Assembly: GCA_038861545.1 (NCBI GenBank) | Contig: JAWCCZ010000004.1 | Location: 128,001 to 192,000, forward strand | Reading direction: 5' to 3' | Length of the DNA stretch: 64,000 nucleotides | From: Thermofilaceae archaeon | GTDB lineage: Archaea > Thermoproteota > Thermoprotei > Thermofilales > Thermofilaceae | Shown: one piece after another, positions 18,832 through 29,635 of the stretch | Layout: each line of letters opens with the position of its first letter | How positions within the stretch are numbered: the first letter of the stretch is position 1 | Notes under the pieces: generated by a model | What the model was told of the DNA's origin: nothing | The model's database searches: none | Seen by the model: only the letters and a program-made list of their open reading frames with translations | Translations under genes and position numbers: made by a program

Positions 18832-19498
18832 TTACCGGGAAGAAAAAAGCGGAGTCATCGATGAGTTGAAAAAACTGGGAGCGCCCATTAGGCTTGAGCA
18901 TCTAGAAGTAGGAGATTACATAATCGGGACAGAAGTCTGCGTCGAGAGAAAAACATGTAATGACTTAGTTTCCTCTATAATAGATAAACGACTGTTCGAG
19001 CAGATCCACTACATTGCCAGGATTTACGGCAAACCTATACTAGTTGTGGAGGGTGATCTGAATTGGACCATCCAGTACAGGAAAGTCGGTTATCCACAAA
19101 TTTACGGTGCTCTAGCGGCATTGGTTGACATGGGCATTAGTATACTTCGCACCTCCTCGCCTAAAGAAACCGCATACGCAATATACTATTTGTATAGACG
19201 TAAGGCTGAAGATTCTGGGAAAGAATACCTTCCACCGGCTAAAATTCATGTGGTGAAAAGAGCAGAGAGTTTAGAAGTAATACAGCTAAACCTCCTTTCT
19301 ATCCTACCAGGCGTAAGCAGAAAAACGGCGCATCGAATACTAATGTACTTTAAAACTCCGAGGAAGTTCTTTAAAGCCAGTCCCTCTGAGCTCCGAATAA
19401 TTGAGGGACTTGGTAGCTCTCGAATAGCGAAAATTACGGAAGTGCTTGACACGATATACCCTCCCGCTTCCCACAGCTCAGGCGAACAGAATGAATGA
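18818..19498 (+). CDS. xpf: Short XPF/ERCC4 endonuclease with HhH
   Basis: ADYRE, GDY, VERKT..D, LPGVS, IEGLG. Confidence 0.9.
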   Translation: MIIADYREEKSGVIDELKKLGAPIRLEHLEVGDYIIGTEVCVERKTCNDLVSSIIDKRLFEQIHYIARIYGKPILVVEGDLNWTIQYRKVGYPQIYGALAALVDMGISILRTSSPKETAYAIYYLYRRKAEDSGKEYLPPAKIHVVKRAESLEVIQLNLLSILPGVSRKTAHRILMYFKTPRKFFKASPSELRIIEGLGSSRIAKITEVLDTIYPPASHSSGEQNE

Positions 19499-20057
19499 AT
19501 GCAACGCTAATGCGGTTTACGAAACCAGCGAGGATACAGTATTTCTATTGCGAGGGGCCGAGCATTTAATACCTGTGCAAGGGTTAATGTGTGAAATCGG
19601 TTGCGGTAAAGGATTAATTTCAGCAATACTTTCAGAATATGGTGAAATTTTAGCAACTGATGTGAATTTGAGTGCTGCGCGAGAAACGCTAGCTAGGGTT
19701 AGAAGAAATAATGCCACTCTCCATGTAATCTGCTGTGACCGATTGGAACCTATTCGAGAGGGAAGGGTGTTCAGTTTAGCTGTCTTTAACCCCCCTTACC
19801 TACCGGATGAATCTTTCGACCCACGTTGGTACGGTGGTCCTACCGGTGTCGAAGTGCCCTTACTGTTTATAGAATCTATTTTCAAGCGTTTAGCTAATGG
19901 AGGGTTTATACTGTTTCTCCTGAGCAGCCTTTCTGCTTGGAAAACTGCGTTGAAAATGATTGGTGAAAAGGGGCTACGCGTTAGCATAATCAGAACTTTT
20001 AAAATAGGATTATACGAAGACCTATTAATGGTGCTCGCCGCTAAACCGAGCGTTTAA
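19491..20057 (+). CDS. HemK2/N6AMT1-like release-factor glutamine methyltransferase
   Basis: VYETSEDT, EIGCGKG, FNPPYLP, WYGG; ATG at 19491 preferred. Confidence 0.82.
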   Translation: MNECNANAVYETSEDTVFLLRGAEHLIPVQGLMCEIGCGKGLISAILSEYGEILATDVNLSAARETLARVRRNNATLHVICCDRLEPIREGRVFSLAVFNPPYLPDESFDPRWYGGPTGVEVPLLFIESIFKRLANGGFILFLLSSLSAWKTALKMIGEKGLRVSIIRTFKIGLYEDLLMVLAAKPSV

Positions 20058-23000
20058 TGCCTACTTTAACGGTAAATTCTTCTACCTCCCAATCCTGTAC
20101 TAACTCGCCTTGTACGAGGTACTCATACTCTACAAGCGTTAACTGGCTGATCCTGGCTTCAGTAGCTATGAAGCTCTTCCGCGACTCGAGCATTTCCAGC
20201 GCCTCATATGGCGCGTAAATCGTTACGTTAATGTATTCATCTACAGGCAACCTCATGAGCTTACGCATGAACTGTATCCTTCTTAATACGTCTCTTGCGA
20301 GGCCCTCCGCCCTTTCCTCGGCCCCCATTCTCGTATCTAGGATGATTAGATTTCCATTCATATCTTCGGCTGCAAAGCCTTCTAGCAAAGTTTCCTCAAA
20401 GTTTATCATCTCACTCGTCACTTCATATGTTGCACCATCCTCAGAAATCAGAGCAATTCTGCCCTCGCTTTTTAACCGCTGTTTTAACCGATATGGATCC
20501 AACTTCTCTATGAGTTTGATCACTTTTTGAGATTCAGTCTTGAACACTGGACCTAAAACCCTGTAAACAGGTATTGCCTTAACTCTGAAGAATTGTTGCC
20601 TCTGAGAGAGGGGCAGCGTCTCTACTTTTCTTACGTTTGCCTGAGAGGAGATAACTGCCTCCATCTCCTTTAAAGTTGTAATCAATGATGGATCTTCTGT
20701 AAGCATGTAAAGCGTTGGCAATGGCATTCGCAGCTTAACGCCAGCTTTCATTCTTGCAGCTACAGCCCGCTCAACAATCCTCCTAGCCAGATCCATCCGC
20801 TTCTCCAGTTCATCATTGATTAACTCTAACTTACTTTCTGGCCAAGGTAACATGTGTATACTCTCCGGATCCTTGCTTTGCCTGAATGATTGACGATAAA
20901 CTTCTTCCGCAAAAAAGGGCGTAAAGGGTGCTAGCAGTATTAGGAATTTCCTCAAGGCGTAGTGTAGGACAGCATATGCTGTTAGCTTATTGATGTTGTT
21001 TTCCTCAACCCATACTCTTGGTCGTGTAAGCCTTACATACCACCTACTTACATCCTCTACGATGAAATCTCTTAGAGCCCTTGCAGCCCTATGCAACTCG
21101 TAATTTTCTATCCACTCCGTAACATCGCGAGTTAGCCTTTCAACTTTAGAGAGAAGCCATTTATCCTCTACCCTAAGTATCCCCCCATACTTTTCAAGCG
21201 GATGCTCGATTGGGTTATATCGATCTAGGCCCATGTAAGTTGTCGCGAAAACGAACGTATTCCAAGCAATATTCAAGTCGTCGTAAACTTCAGCTAAGCT
21301 TCTCCATGAGAACTTTAAGTCTTCCCATACCATATTCTTAAGGACGTACCATCTAAACGCATCTCTGCAACTCTTCTCATACTCTAGAACTTGCTGGGGT
21401 GAGACGTAGTTTCCCAAGGATTTATGCATCTCTTTACCCTTTTCATCGAGCGCGAAACCGTGCATAAGCACAGTCTTATATGGTGTGTGACCAAAGGCTA
21501 TTATACCGCACCTGAGCAATGAAAAGAACCAGCCAGCTATCTGATCATGACCCTCAACTATTATATCTGCTAGCCTTAATTCAACTTCCTCCAGCGGATA
21601 ACCCAAAGATGCATAAAAAGAAATCCCCGAGTCAAGCCAAACATCTAGCACGTCTTCAACTCTCCGAGCTATTCCCCCACATCTCGGGCAACTGAATTCT
21701 ATACTATCTACCCACGGTCTATGCAGATCCTTAAGGTCTAGCTTCTTCCCGGTTAACAATTCCAGCTCAGCTAAGCTGCCGACAATAATTTTATGACTAC
21801 AGGAACTACAGACCCATATCGGTGCAGGCGTGCCCCAATACCTCTGCCTTGATATAACCCAATCCCTTAAACCTTCTAACCAGTTTTTGAAACGGGCGTA
21901 GCCAGCCCATTCAGGCACCCACTTAACTTTAGCGGCTTCTTGAAGGAACTTCTCCTTCATGTGAGATACACGTATGTACCACTGTGGTACAGCCCTCAGT
22001 ACTAGAGGAGTCTTACATCTCCAGCACACGGGATACCTGTGAGTTACTTCACCTTCGTGGAAAATCATTCCTTTACCTCTCAGATCACTTATAATCGCGC
22101 CATTGGCTTCCCTCACCGTTTTACCCGCATACTTGCCGGCATCCTCAGTGAAAATCCCCTTCTCGTTAACTGGAACTGTAACTGGGAGACCATACTCTAA
22201 GCCTACTTGAAAATCTTCCTCGCCGTGTCCAGGGGCACAGTGTACAAGTCCTGTACCCTCTTCTCCACTCACATAAGCTTCCGATAGAACTACTTTGTGG
22301 TATGGTTCAAGTTTCTCTTGTACTTTAACTTCATCGGCAAGCGGGTGTAAATACTCTAGATCTTTAAGGTCCTTACCTTCAACTTCACTGACCACTCTGT
22401 AGTAGCCAACCCCAGCCTCGCCCATAACCTCCTCAAGCCTGGAGCGGGAAAGTAGTAGTATGTCTCCGTTAACGTCAACCCAAACATACCTCAGGTTTGG
22501 ATTAGCCATAATAGCGACATTCGCTGGAAGCGTCCACGGCGTTGTGGTCCACACTAATAGGTAACGTCCCGGGTTGTTCTTCACGGGGAACTTCACATAG
22601 ATAGAGGGGTCGGTGAGATCCCTGTACTCGGTTACTTCGTAATCAGCAAGAGTGGTCTCGCACCTTGGACACCAATGGACAACCTTCACTCCGCGCTCCA
22701 GAAGCCCTTCCTCCTCTGCGCGTTTAATCAACCACCAAGCTGATTGCACGTAAGAGGAACTGAGAGTTAGGTAAGGGTCATTCCACGCCATGGAAACCCC
22801 GAACTCTTCGAAATGCCGGGTCATCGAAGACGCGTTACGTAATGCAAAATCCCTGCACCTTTGGACGAATTTATCCACTCCAAAGCTTTCAATGTCTTTC
22901 TTGCTTGTGAAGCCTAGCTCTTGTTCAACCTTGACCTCGATAGGTAATCCGTGACAATCGTAGCCCGGACGGTCAACCACACTATAGCCTCTCGCTCTTT

Positions 23001-23223
23001 TGAACCTAATTATCGCATCCTTTAGTATCTTATTCCACAGAGTCCCCACATGGGGGGTATCCGATGAGGGATAAGGTGGACCATCAAGGAAGTAGAAAAC
23101 CGGCTTATCTTTCGAGTTCTCCCTAATTTTTTCATAAATTCGTTCCTTCCTCCAGAATTCAAGTATCCTGGGTTCAAATTCCTTTGGCTTATACTCTTGA
23201 CTAAGTGGTCTTACGCAATCCAT
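20041..23223 (-). CDS. ileS: Isoleucyl-tRNA synthetase
   Basis: DGPPY, HVGT, WTTTPWTLP, GTGLVH, ISRQRYWG, EMHKS. Confidence 0.95.
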   Translation of the reverse strand: MDCVRPLSQEYKPKEFEPRILEFWRKERIYEKIRENSKDKPVFYFLDGPPYPSSDTPHVGTLWNKILKDAIIRFKRARGYSVVDRPGYDCHGLPIEVKVEQELGFTSKKDIESFGVDKFVQRCRDFALRNASSMTRHFEEFGVSMAWNDPYLTLSSSYVQSAWWLIKRAEEEGLLERGVKVVHWCPRCETTLADYEVTEYRDLTDPSIYVKFPVKNNPGRYLLVWTTTPWTLPANVAIMANPNLRYVWVDVNGDILLLSRSRLEEVMGEAGVGYYRVVSEVEGKDLKDLEYLHPLADEVKVQEKLEPYHKVVLSEAYVSGEEGTGLVHCAPGHGEEDFQVGLEYGLPVTVPVNEKGIFTEDAGKYAGKTVREANGAIISDLRGKGMIFHEGEVTHRYPVCWRCKTPLVLRAVPQWYIRVSHMKEKFLQEAAKVKWVPEWAGYARFKNWLEGLRDWVISRQRYWGTPAPIWVCSSCSHKIIVGSLAELELLTGKKLDLKDLHRPWVDSIEFSCPRCGGIARRVEDVLDVWLDSGISFYASLGYPLEEVELRLADIIVEGHDQIAGWFFSLLRCGIIAFGHTPYKTVLMHGFALDEKGKEMHKSLGNYVSPQQVLEYEKSCRDAFRWYVLKNMVWEDLKFSWRSLAEVYDDLNIAWNTFVFATTYMGLDRYNPIEHPLEKYGGILRVEDKWLLSKVERLTRDVTEWIENYELHRAARALRDFIVEDVSRWYVRLTRPRVWVEENNINKLTAYAVLHYALRKFLILLAPFTPFFAEEVYRQSFRQSKDPESIHMLPWPESKLELINDELEKRMDLARRIVERAVAARMKAGVKLRMPLPTLYMLTEDPSLITTLKEMEAVISSQANVRKVETLPLSQRQQFFRVKAIPVYRVLGPVFKTESQKVIKLIEKLDPYRLKQRLKSEGRIALISEDGATYEVTSEMINFEETLLEGFAAEDMNGNLIILDTRMGAEERAEGLARDVLRRIQFMRKLMRLPVDEYINVTIYAPYEALEMLESRKSFIATEARISQLTLVEYEYLVQGELVQDWEVEEFTVKVGIKRSV

Positions 23224-23393
23224 AGCTACACCCCCAGCTATGCTAGAAAAGTTCTCCGGCTCTTTAACCGGATATGCTAGCGGGGATAATATCGTTCACC
23301 GAGCATGTGCTAAATTCACGATATATAAATTTTTACTATTCAACCCTGGGTGTAAAGAAAACTTTAAAGAAGTTAACCCCCTACCGCCAAACT

Positions 23394-23490
23394 GGGCCGG
23401 TAGATCAGGCTGGGAGATCGCCCGCTTCGCAAGCTGTACTATGGCAGTCGAGCACGCGGGAGGTCCCGGGTTCAAGTCCCGGCCGGTCCA
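23394..23490 (+). tRNA. tRNA-Ala(CGC) with 23-nt intron at 37/38 (23432-23454)
   Basis: G3-U70 pair; anticodon 23428-23430; strict BHB (TTCG/CGAG central helix, CA|A and CA|C bulges); T-run terminator. Confidence 0.95.
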
Positions 23491-23534
23491 CTTTTTACTA
23501 GAGCACGGGTTTATAGCAGTGCTTAGAATTTGTT

Positions 23535-24608
23535 GTGATGTCGGTGATGATCGCGGCTGTACATATACCGACTAAAGTTTACCTTGGCTTTGGAGTATCG
23601 AATCTTCTCGGCGCCGAGCTCGTTGCCGCAGGAGTTAAAAATGCTTTGATAATAGCCGATGAGGCTGTAGACGCCAATCTTTTAAATGCTTTAAAGACCC
23701 GTGTTACTTCATTCAATGTATTAGTCTCAGTTCAAAGCTTAAATTTCCCTGAAGTAACTTTAGACAATATAAAGGAGCTGGCCAAGCTGATGGATAGGTG
23801 GGAAGCCGTTATAGCTGTTGGAAAAGGCGTTACTCTAGATTTAGTTAAGTCTGCCGCAGGTAGAAAGGCATCTTTAATTACTATACCCACCCCTCCTGGC
23901 ATAGAAAATGCAATAACGAGAAGCACTCTTCCTCCGATGGGACTCAGGAAAATGAAGACACAGAATGTTTATCCGTATTTAGCACTGCTGGACCCGAATT
24001 TGGCAGTCAGGCTAGACGCCTTTAGCGTAGCCGCATCCATTATCGAGACATTAGCCAACTCGCTAGAAATCTTTGCTAGCCGGAAAACCAATCTTTTCTC
24101 GCTAACCTTGGCCGAAGCCGCCTTAAGGGAAGTAGCATCTGTGAAACTAAGCGGTGAGCGAGTTGAAGAACTTGAAGGGTTACAAGCCTATACTGCAGCT
24201 CTTTACGCAGGTTTAGCCAATGACCAGGTAGGTGGCGCGGCATTAAAGGCATTGACCCATGCATTCTATGCTCTATATGGTTTACCTCCTTACAAAACCC
24301 TTGCTACTCTACTGATCCCTTGGTTGAAAAGACTCCACGAAGTCTCCAGTGAGCAGGGCAGCAGGGTATTTCATCCCAGTTTTACTCCAAGTTTTACTGA
24401 AAACCTCGTAGAATGGATTGAAAAGTTACTCATAGAGTATAACTTCGTAACAACCTTAAGGGAGCTCGGGGTAAAACCCAAGACCCTTGACCTCGTAGTT
24501 GAATACGCATGGACGTATGAGTACTATCTAGTCTTGAACGACGTGACTGTAGCTGACAAGTACTCCCTTAGAGAAATCTTGGAAGCAGCTAGCGGCAAAT
24601 CGGCCTAG
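23535..24608 (+). CDS. Iron-containing alcohol dehydrogenase family protein, degenerate
   Basis: PTKVYLGFG, ITIPT, PYLALLDP, TLRELGV fold motifs; metal ligands missing. Confidence 0.7.
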   Translation: MMSVMIAAVHIPTKVYLGFGVSNLLGAELVAAGVKNALIIADEAVDANLLNALKTRVTSFNVLVSVQSLNFPEVTLDNIKELAKLMDRWEAVIAVGKGVTLDLVKSAAGRKASLITIPTPPGIENAITRSTLPPMGLRKMKTQNVYPYLALLDPNLAVRLDAFSVAASIIETLANSLEIFASRKTNLFSLTLAEAALREVASVKLSGERVEELEGLQAYTAALYAGLANDQVGGAALKALTHAFYALYGLPPYKTLATLLIPWLKRLHEVSSEQGSRVFHPSFTPSFTENLVEWIEKLLIEYNFVTTLRELGVKPKTLDLVVEYAWTYEYYLVLNDVTVADKYSLREILEAASGKSA

Positions 24609-25395
24609 AAGGGTCTCGAACAGTAACTCTATAAAGGACGCACCTGTTGTCAATCTCGCTATAAAAAATACAGTTTCCACAAGTTTTCCTAAGTGTCGAT
24701 TGTACTTGCTTAACTTGTACTTGCGGGCTCCTCGTCTGAGTAGCCTTTTCCAGTTTCAATTCTTCAACATCGAGGGGGGGCTGTGCAATATTAGGCGTTT
24801 TAGAAAGGGTTCTTGCTTCACCGCTAGCTTCAGCGGGAGAATTAGCCGGTGTTGTGGGTAAGGGGGCTGGTTTTCCAGCCTGTTCCGACTTGCCCGGTAA
24901 AACATGTTCTGTCAACTCTATTAGAGCCCCGGTTTTTGCTTCTTCTTTACGCTGTAAGCCGTCTGCCTGCTTGGAAAGTCTCTGCTGCGCCTGAAGAGAA
25001 GGTACTGTTATTGTGAGCTGCACTCTACCATGCTGCCTTGCGGTCGGCGCTGGTTTCGGCTCTCGACGTGTCACCTTAATCCCTTCATATGCCAATGCTT
25101 CCTCTAACTCTTCTTTAGTCGGAACCTTCCCTTGAAGAATAGCTTTACCTTTGTAAACGATAGCCGGGAGGCTTTTAATACCATATTTTCGGAATTCAGC
25201 CGTAGCGATACCTCCAAAAATCTCCTCTAGCTGAGCCACATAGGATGGAAAATCGTTAGGATCTCTTAGTTTATGCCTTACAACCTTTAGCTTTGGTTTA
25301 TTGCCTTTAACCGTAGAAAGGACTTCGTCTAGTATGCTCAACAGCTTCTCATGCTCTGGATTTCTACACATGTATACTCTAAGCTCTCCAACCAC
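24589..25395 (-). CDS. Hypothetical protein: thioredoxin-like domain, disordered linker, C-terminal 4-Cys motif
   Basis: KYGIKSLPAIVYKGK...GKVPTKEEL; P/A/Q-rich linker; CGNC-x8-C-x13-C. Confidence 0.65.
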   Translation of the reverse strand: MVGELRVYMCRNPEHEKLLSILDEVLSTVKGNKPKLKVVRHKLRDPNDFPSYVAQLEEIFGGIATAEFRKYGIKSLPAIVYKGKAILQGKVPTKEELEEALAYEGIKVTRREPKPAPTARQHGRVQLTITVPSLQAQQRLSKQADGLQRKEEAKTGALIELTEHVLPGKSEQAGKPAPLPTTPANSPAEASGEARTLSKTPNIAQPPLDVEELKLEKATQTRSPQVQVKQVQSTLRKTCGNCIFYSEIDNRCVLYRVTVRDPSRPICR

Positions 25396-25483
25396 AGAAT
25401 TACAATGGCAATGGGGTATTATATATTATCTTTTTAACAGAAAACGATTATAAAAGCAGGCTGGGAAAGATCAGGGAGCAGGC

Positions 25484-26461
25484 TTGAAGTACGTCTTGGG
25501 GGTAGATATAGGCGCGACTTACACTAGAGTGGTTTTAGCAGATAGTGATGCTAATTTCCTTGGTAGGGTTAAGTTTGAAACACCCAAAACGTATGACAGC
25601 TATGCAGTTGCAAGATCCATAATTGAAAATTCTAGAGGATTGTTATATGCACATGGAGTCTCTGAACGAGAATTAATGGGAGTTGGTGTGGGCTCGATAG
25701 GTCCGCTAGATATGAGAAAAGGTATCCTAATTAAACCTGCGAATCTACCGGTTGAAAATGTACTTATAGTCGAACCTATAAAATCTGAATTCGGTGCTCC
25801 GACATACCTTGTTAACGACTGCGTAGCAGCGGTGATAGGTGAGAAGCATTTCGGATTAGGACGCGGCTACGATGACTTGGTCTATGTGACTATTAGTACA
25901 GGTATTGGTGGTGGAGTCTACGCAAACGGGAATCTTCTCCTAGGTAAGGATGGAAACGCCCACGAAATTGGCCATATGGTGGTAGATGAGGAGGGAAAAA
26001 TAATTTGCGGCTGTGGAAAGAAAGGGCACTGGGAAGCTTACTCCTCCGGTAGCGGAATACCTAAGCTTGCCCAGCTTATTGCAGCAAAGGAACAAAGCCG
26101 CTACGAGGACAGTAAACTCTACAGGCTTTCTATGAGCGACCCCTCCTTATCGTCAAAAGACATCTACGATGCAGCCAAATCTGGTGATGCATTTGCTTTG
26201 AAGGTTGTCGAAGAAGCCGGCCGCTACAACGCAATCGGTATAGCAAACGTGGTTAACGTTTATGATCCATCGCTTATAACGGTGGGGGGATCGGTAGCGC
26301 TGAATAACGTTGAGCTCGTTCTGGAACCTATAATTAGGATGACGCCTAATTACGCAATAAATAGAATGCCGCGGATAGAAATCACACCATTGGGTGACGA
26401 CGCAGGGCTTTACGGTGCAGTGGCCCTAGCGCTCGGTCTTGAAAAATACTTCTTAAAGTAA
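25484..26461 (+). CDS. glk: ROK family glucokinase/hexokinase
   Basis: [31 protein letters not shown]. Confidence 0.9.
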   Translation: MKYVLGVDIGATYTRVVLADSDANFLGRVKFETPKTYDSYAVARSIIENSRGLLYAHGVSERELMGVGVGSIGPLDMRKGILIKPANLPVENVLIVEPIKSEFGAPTYLVNDCVAAVIGEKHFGLGRGYDDLVYVTISTGIGGGVYANGNLLLGKDGNAHEIGHMVVDEEGKIICGCGKKGHWEAYSSGSGIPKLAQLIAAKEQSRYEDSKLYRLSMSDPSLSSKDIYDAAKSGDAFALKVVEEAGRYNAIGIANVVNVYDPSLITVGGSVALNNVELVLEPIIRMTPNYAINRMPRIEITPLGDDAGLYGAVALALGLEKYFLK

Positions 26462-27871
26462 TCTCCAGGTAGTTTCTCCCCCTCGATCATGCAACCTTAT
26501 ACCAAGCTTCATTAACTGCTCCCTAATCCAATCAGCAAACATGTAATCTCCAGCAAACCTTAACTTTTTCCTGATCTCGATAACCAGCTCGATTAATTTC
26601 TCAACAGGTATCTGTGGACTTTCAGCGAAGCACCTGTCTAATACACCTAGCACTCTGTTAAATTCTTCGAATAAGGTATAAGTTTTCAACGCCACAACGA
26701 CCTCTATTTGGTTTCTCTCAAGACTGGAGAAAACCAGACTGGAGAGTTCATACACATAGCTGAAAGCCTTGCTTGTGTTAAAATCGTCCTGCATTGCCGC
26801 ATGAAAGCCAGCCCTAATCTTGAGCAACCTAGCTAGTTCCTGTTTTCCAGAAGCACTTAACTTGAAATCATAATCCTCTTTCCTTAAAGCGTCGCGGAGG
26901 GACTGAACAGCGTTGACTAACCTCTCATAGTTCTTTTGTGCTTGGTGCAACGTATCTTCAGAGAAATCGACTATACTCCTATAATGAACTGTAGCTAACC
27001 AAAGCCTAACAATTTCCGGTTCCCATTTCGTGAAAACTTCTTTAAGAGTAACTATGTTCCCTAAGCTTTTAGACATCTTCTCCCCTTTTACGTTAAGCAT
27101 TCCTGTGTGTAACCAATACCTGACCCATGGTCTACGGTTAAACGCCGCCTCGCTTTGAGCTCTCTCGTTTTCGTGATGCGGAAATACGAGGTCGCTGCCT
27201 CCACCGTGTATGTCAAAAGATTCTCCTAAGTATAGACTTGACATCGCGCTGCATTCTATATGCCACCCTGGTCTACCAGGACCCCATGGACTTTCCCACC
27301 ACGGCTCATTGGGTTTCGCCGCTTTCCAAAGCGCAAAATCGTAAGGGTTCCTCTTCTCCTTGGCAAATTCTTGCTCCTGTCCCCATTCCTCCTTTAACAG
27401 CTTTCCACTTAGTTTCCCATAATCATCATAACAGTCAACATTGAAGTAAACGCTGCCGCTCGGCGCTACATAGGCATAACCCTTCTCGATAAGTGTACTA
27501 ACGAAGTTTATAATCTCGGATATATGTTCAGTTACTCGTGGATGAATATCGACTTTTATTTTAAGTTTTGATAAAGCTTCCAAGTAATCTTTTGTGTAGT
27601 AATCAGCTATCTCCCTCCAATCCCTGCCTTCATCCCTAGACCGACGAATAATTTTATCGTCTATATCCGTGATATTTTGGGTATGAAATACATCGAAACC
27701 TAACAATTTTAAGTATCGTTTCACTACATCGAAAGCAACATACGTGCGGGCGTGTCCAAGATGCGTAAAGTCATAAACAGTGGGACCGCAGACATACATT
27801 GAAACACTGTCAGGTTTAACCGGTTCGAAAGGCTCAATTTTTTTGCTCAAAGTATTATAAATCCGTAACAC
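26453..27871 (-). CDS. cysS: Cysteinyl-tRNA synthetase
   Basis: CGPTVYD, HLGH, GWHIECS, KMSKS. Confidence 0.96.
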   Translation of the reverse strand: MLRIYNTLSKKIEPFEPVKPDSVSMYVCGPTVYDFTHLGHARTYVAFDVVKRYLKLLGFDVFHTQNITDIDDKIIRRSRDEGRDWREIADYYTKDYLEALSKLKIKVDIHPRVTEHISEIINFVSTLIEKGYAYVAPSGSVYFNVDCYDDYGKLSGKLLKEEWGQEQEFAKEKRNPYDFALWKAAKPNEPWWESPWGPGRPGWHIECSAMSSLYLGESFDIHGGGSDLVFPHHENERAQSEAAFNRRPWVRYWLHTGMLNVKGEKMSKSLGNIVTLKEVFTKWEPEIVRLWLATVHYRSIVDFSEDTLHQAQKNYERLVNAVQSLRDALRKEDYDFKLSASGKQELARLLKIRAGFHAAMQDDFNTSKAFSYVYELSSLVFSSLERNQIEVVVALKTYTLFEEFNRVLGVLDRCFAESPQIPVEKLIELVIEIRKKLRFAGDYMFADWIREQLMKLGIRLHDRGGETTWRLL

Positions 27872-27941
27872 AAAGCTCTGCCACCAGCCGTCACGGATTC
27901 TAGCTATTTAAATTTCTTACTATTCATTACATTACAAGCGG

Positions 27942-29633
27942 CTAACCTTCAACACTTCTCTTATCGCGCCTCGCCTCGTGTGCAGCTCTGACGAAGGCCA
28001 AGTAGACTGGCGATGGGGATGAAGCTCTACTTTTAAACTCTGGGTGGAATTGGACACCCACTATCCATCTTTTTTCGGAGAACTCTATAGCGTTTATTAC
28101 ATTTCCCGATGCATCGGTCGCAGATACCGTTAGACCCTTCTTCCTCCCAAGTTCAGTGTATTTTCTGATAATATGGTAGCGATGCCTAAACCTTTCTTTC
28201 ACGATTTCCCTGCCGTAGGCGCTGTAAAGATGGGTATCTTTAATTAAGAACACTTCATGTGCTCCTAGTCTCATAGTTCCTCCTTTAGCGGTAATACTTC
28301 TCTGCTCTGGTAAAAGATCAACGACGGGGTAGGGTGTGTGGGGATTTATTTCTGTTGAGTGAGCTGAGTTCAAGCCCATTACATACCTGCAGAATGCTAT
28401 AAAGAGAAGTTGAGCCCCAAAGCATATTCCCAGGAAAACCTTGTCGCTTTCTATGGCGTAACGGGCAGCTTGTATCATACCCTCTACTCCTCTCGATCCA
28501 AAACCGGGGGTTAAAAGTATCCCATCAGCTTTAGACAGAGTTGACTCTACCGTCCCTGGATCCTCTTCGAATCTACACGAATCAACGAGTTCGATTTTAA
28601 CACCTAAACCTAAACTTGCAGCTGCATGCTTAAGTGCCTCATTGATACTTATGTAGCTATCCTGAATGCTTGTATATTTACCTGGCATGGCGATAGTCAC
28701 CGTATCGCTTGGATACGCATATCTAGCAACTACGTTTTCCCACTCGCTTATCAAATGCCGCTGGGGCTCGCATTCATTAAGTTGAAGTAACCTAGCCAAG
28801 TATTTGCCTAAACCTTGCCGCTCGAAAACTAACGGAAGCTCATATACTACGCTGATATCGGGATCCGAAACCACCGCTTCTACTGGTACGTTACAGTATA
28901 GTGCGATCTTTCGTTGAACATCTTCTGTCAAATAGTTACTTGATCTACCAACTATTACATCAGGCTGCAGTCCCATGCTTTGAAGCTGCCTTACGCTATG
29001 TTGAGTGGGTTTTGTCTTCTGTTGACCAACGGTTTCCAGGTAAGGAATAAGAGTAACATGCACTAATGCGGTATGACCTGGAGGCATCTCTAGCCTAAAC
29101 TGCCTTATAGCCTCCAGGAAAGGCATGGCCTCTATGTCCCCTACAGTTCCCCCAATTTCCACTACCATTACATCTGAAGCACTTCTCTTCGCTGCAAGCT
29201 GCATCCTTCGCTTTATCTCATCTGTAACGTGCGGTATAACTTGGATTGTCTTACCTAAGTATTCGCCTATTCTCTCGCGTAGGATGACCGTTAAGTAAAC
29301 TTGCCCCGACGTAATGTTGTTAGAGGGGTGCATGTTTATTCCGACGAACCGTTCATAAGTACCGAAATCCTGGTCCAATTCAGCTATTGGGAAACTGTAG
29401 CCAGGTGCTGGTTCGAATACCCATACATCTTCACATACGAAGACCTCGCCGTGCTCTATGGGGTTCAAGGTGCCTGGGTCAACGTTTAAGTATGGATCAA
29501 TCTTTATCATGTCCACTTTATAGCCTCGGAACTGGAAGAGTTTTGCAATCGACGCCGATACAACACCCTTACCAATACCGCTGAGTACACCACCTGTTAC
29601 GAACACAAACCTAGTTCCCTTAGCTTTATCCAC
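27942..29633 (-). CDS. pyrG: CTP synthase
   Basis: VTGGVLSGIGKG, KIDPYLNVDPGT, KTKPTQHSV, GICFG, QFHPEF. Confidence 0.96.
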   Translation of the reverse strand: MDKAKGTRFVFVTGGVLSGIGKGVVSASIAKLFQFRGYKVDMIKIDPYLNVDPGTLNPIEHGEVFVCEDVWVFEPAPGYSFPIAELDQDFGTYERFVGINMHPSNNITSGQVYLTVILRERIGEYLGKTIQVIPHVTDEIKRRMQLAAKRSASDVMVVEIGGTVGDIEAMPFLEAIRQFRLEMPPGHTALVHVTLIPYLETVGQQKTKPTQHSVRQLQSMGLQPDVIVGRSSNYLTEDVQRKIALYCNVPVEAVVSDPDISVVYELPLVFERQGLGKYLARLLQLNECEPQRHLISEWENVVARYAYPSDTVTIAMPGKYTSIQDSYISINEALKHAAASLGLGVKIELVDSCRFEEDPGTVESTLSKADGILLTPGFGSRGVEGMIQAARYAIESDKVFLGICFGAQLLFIAFCRYVMGLNSAHSTEINPHTPYPVVDLLPEQRSITAKGGTMRLGAHEVFLIKDTHLYSAYGREIVKERFRHRYHIIRKYTELGRKKGLTVSATDASGNVINAIEFSEKRWIVGVQFHPEFKSRASSPSPVYLAFVRAAHEARRDKRSVEG

Positions 29634-29635
29634 GA

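Noticed and set aside
23240-23575. 111-aa and 75-aa ORFs
   Set aside because: They overlap tRNA-Ala(CGC) and its promoter
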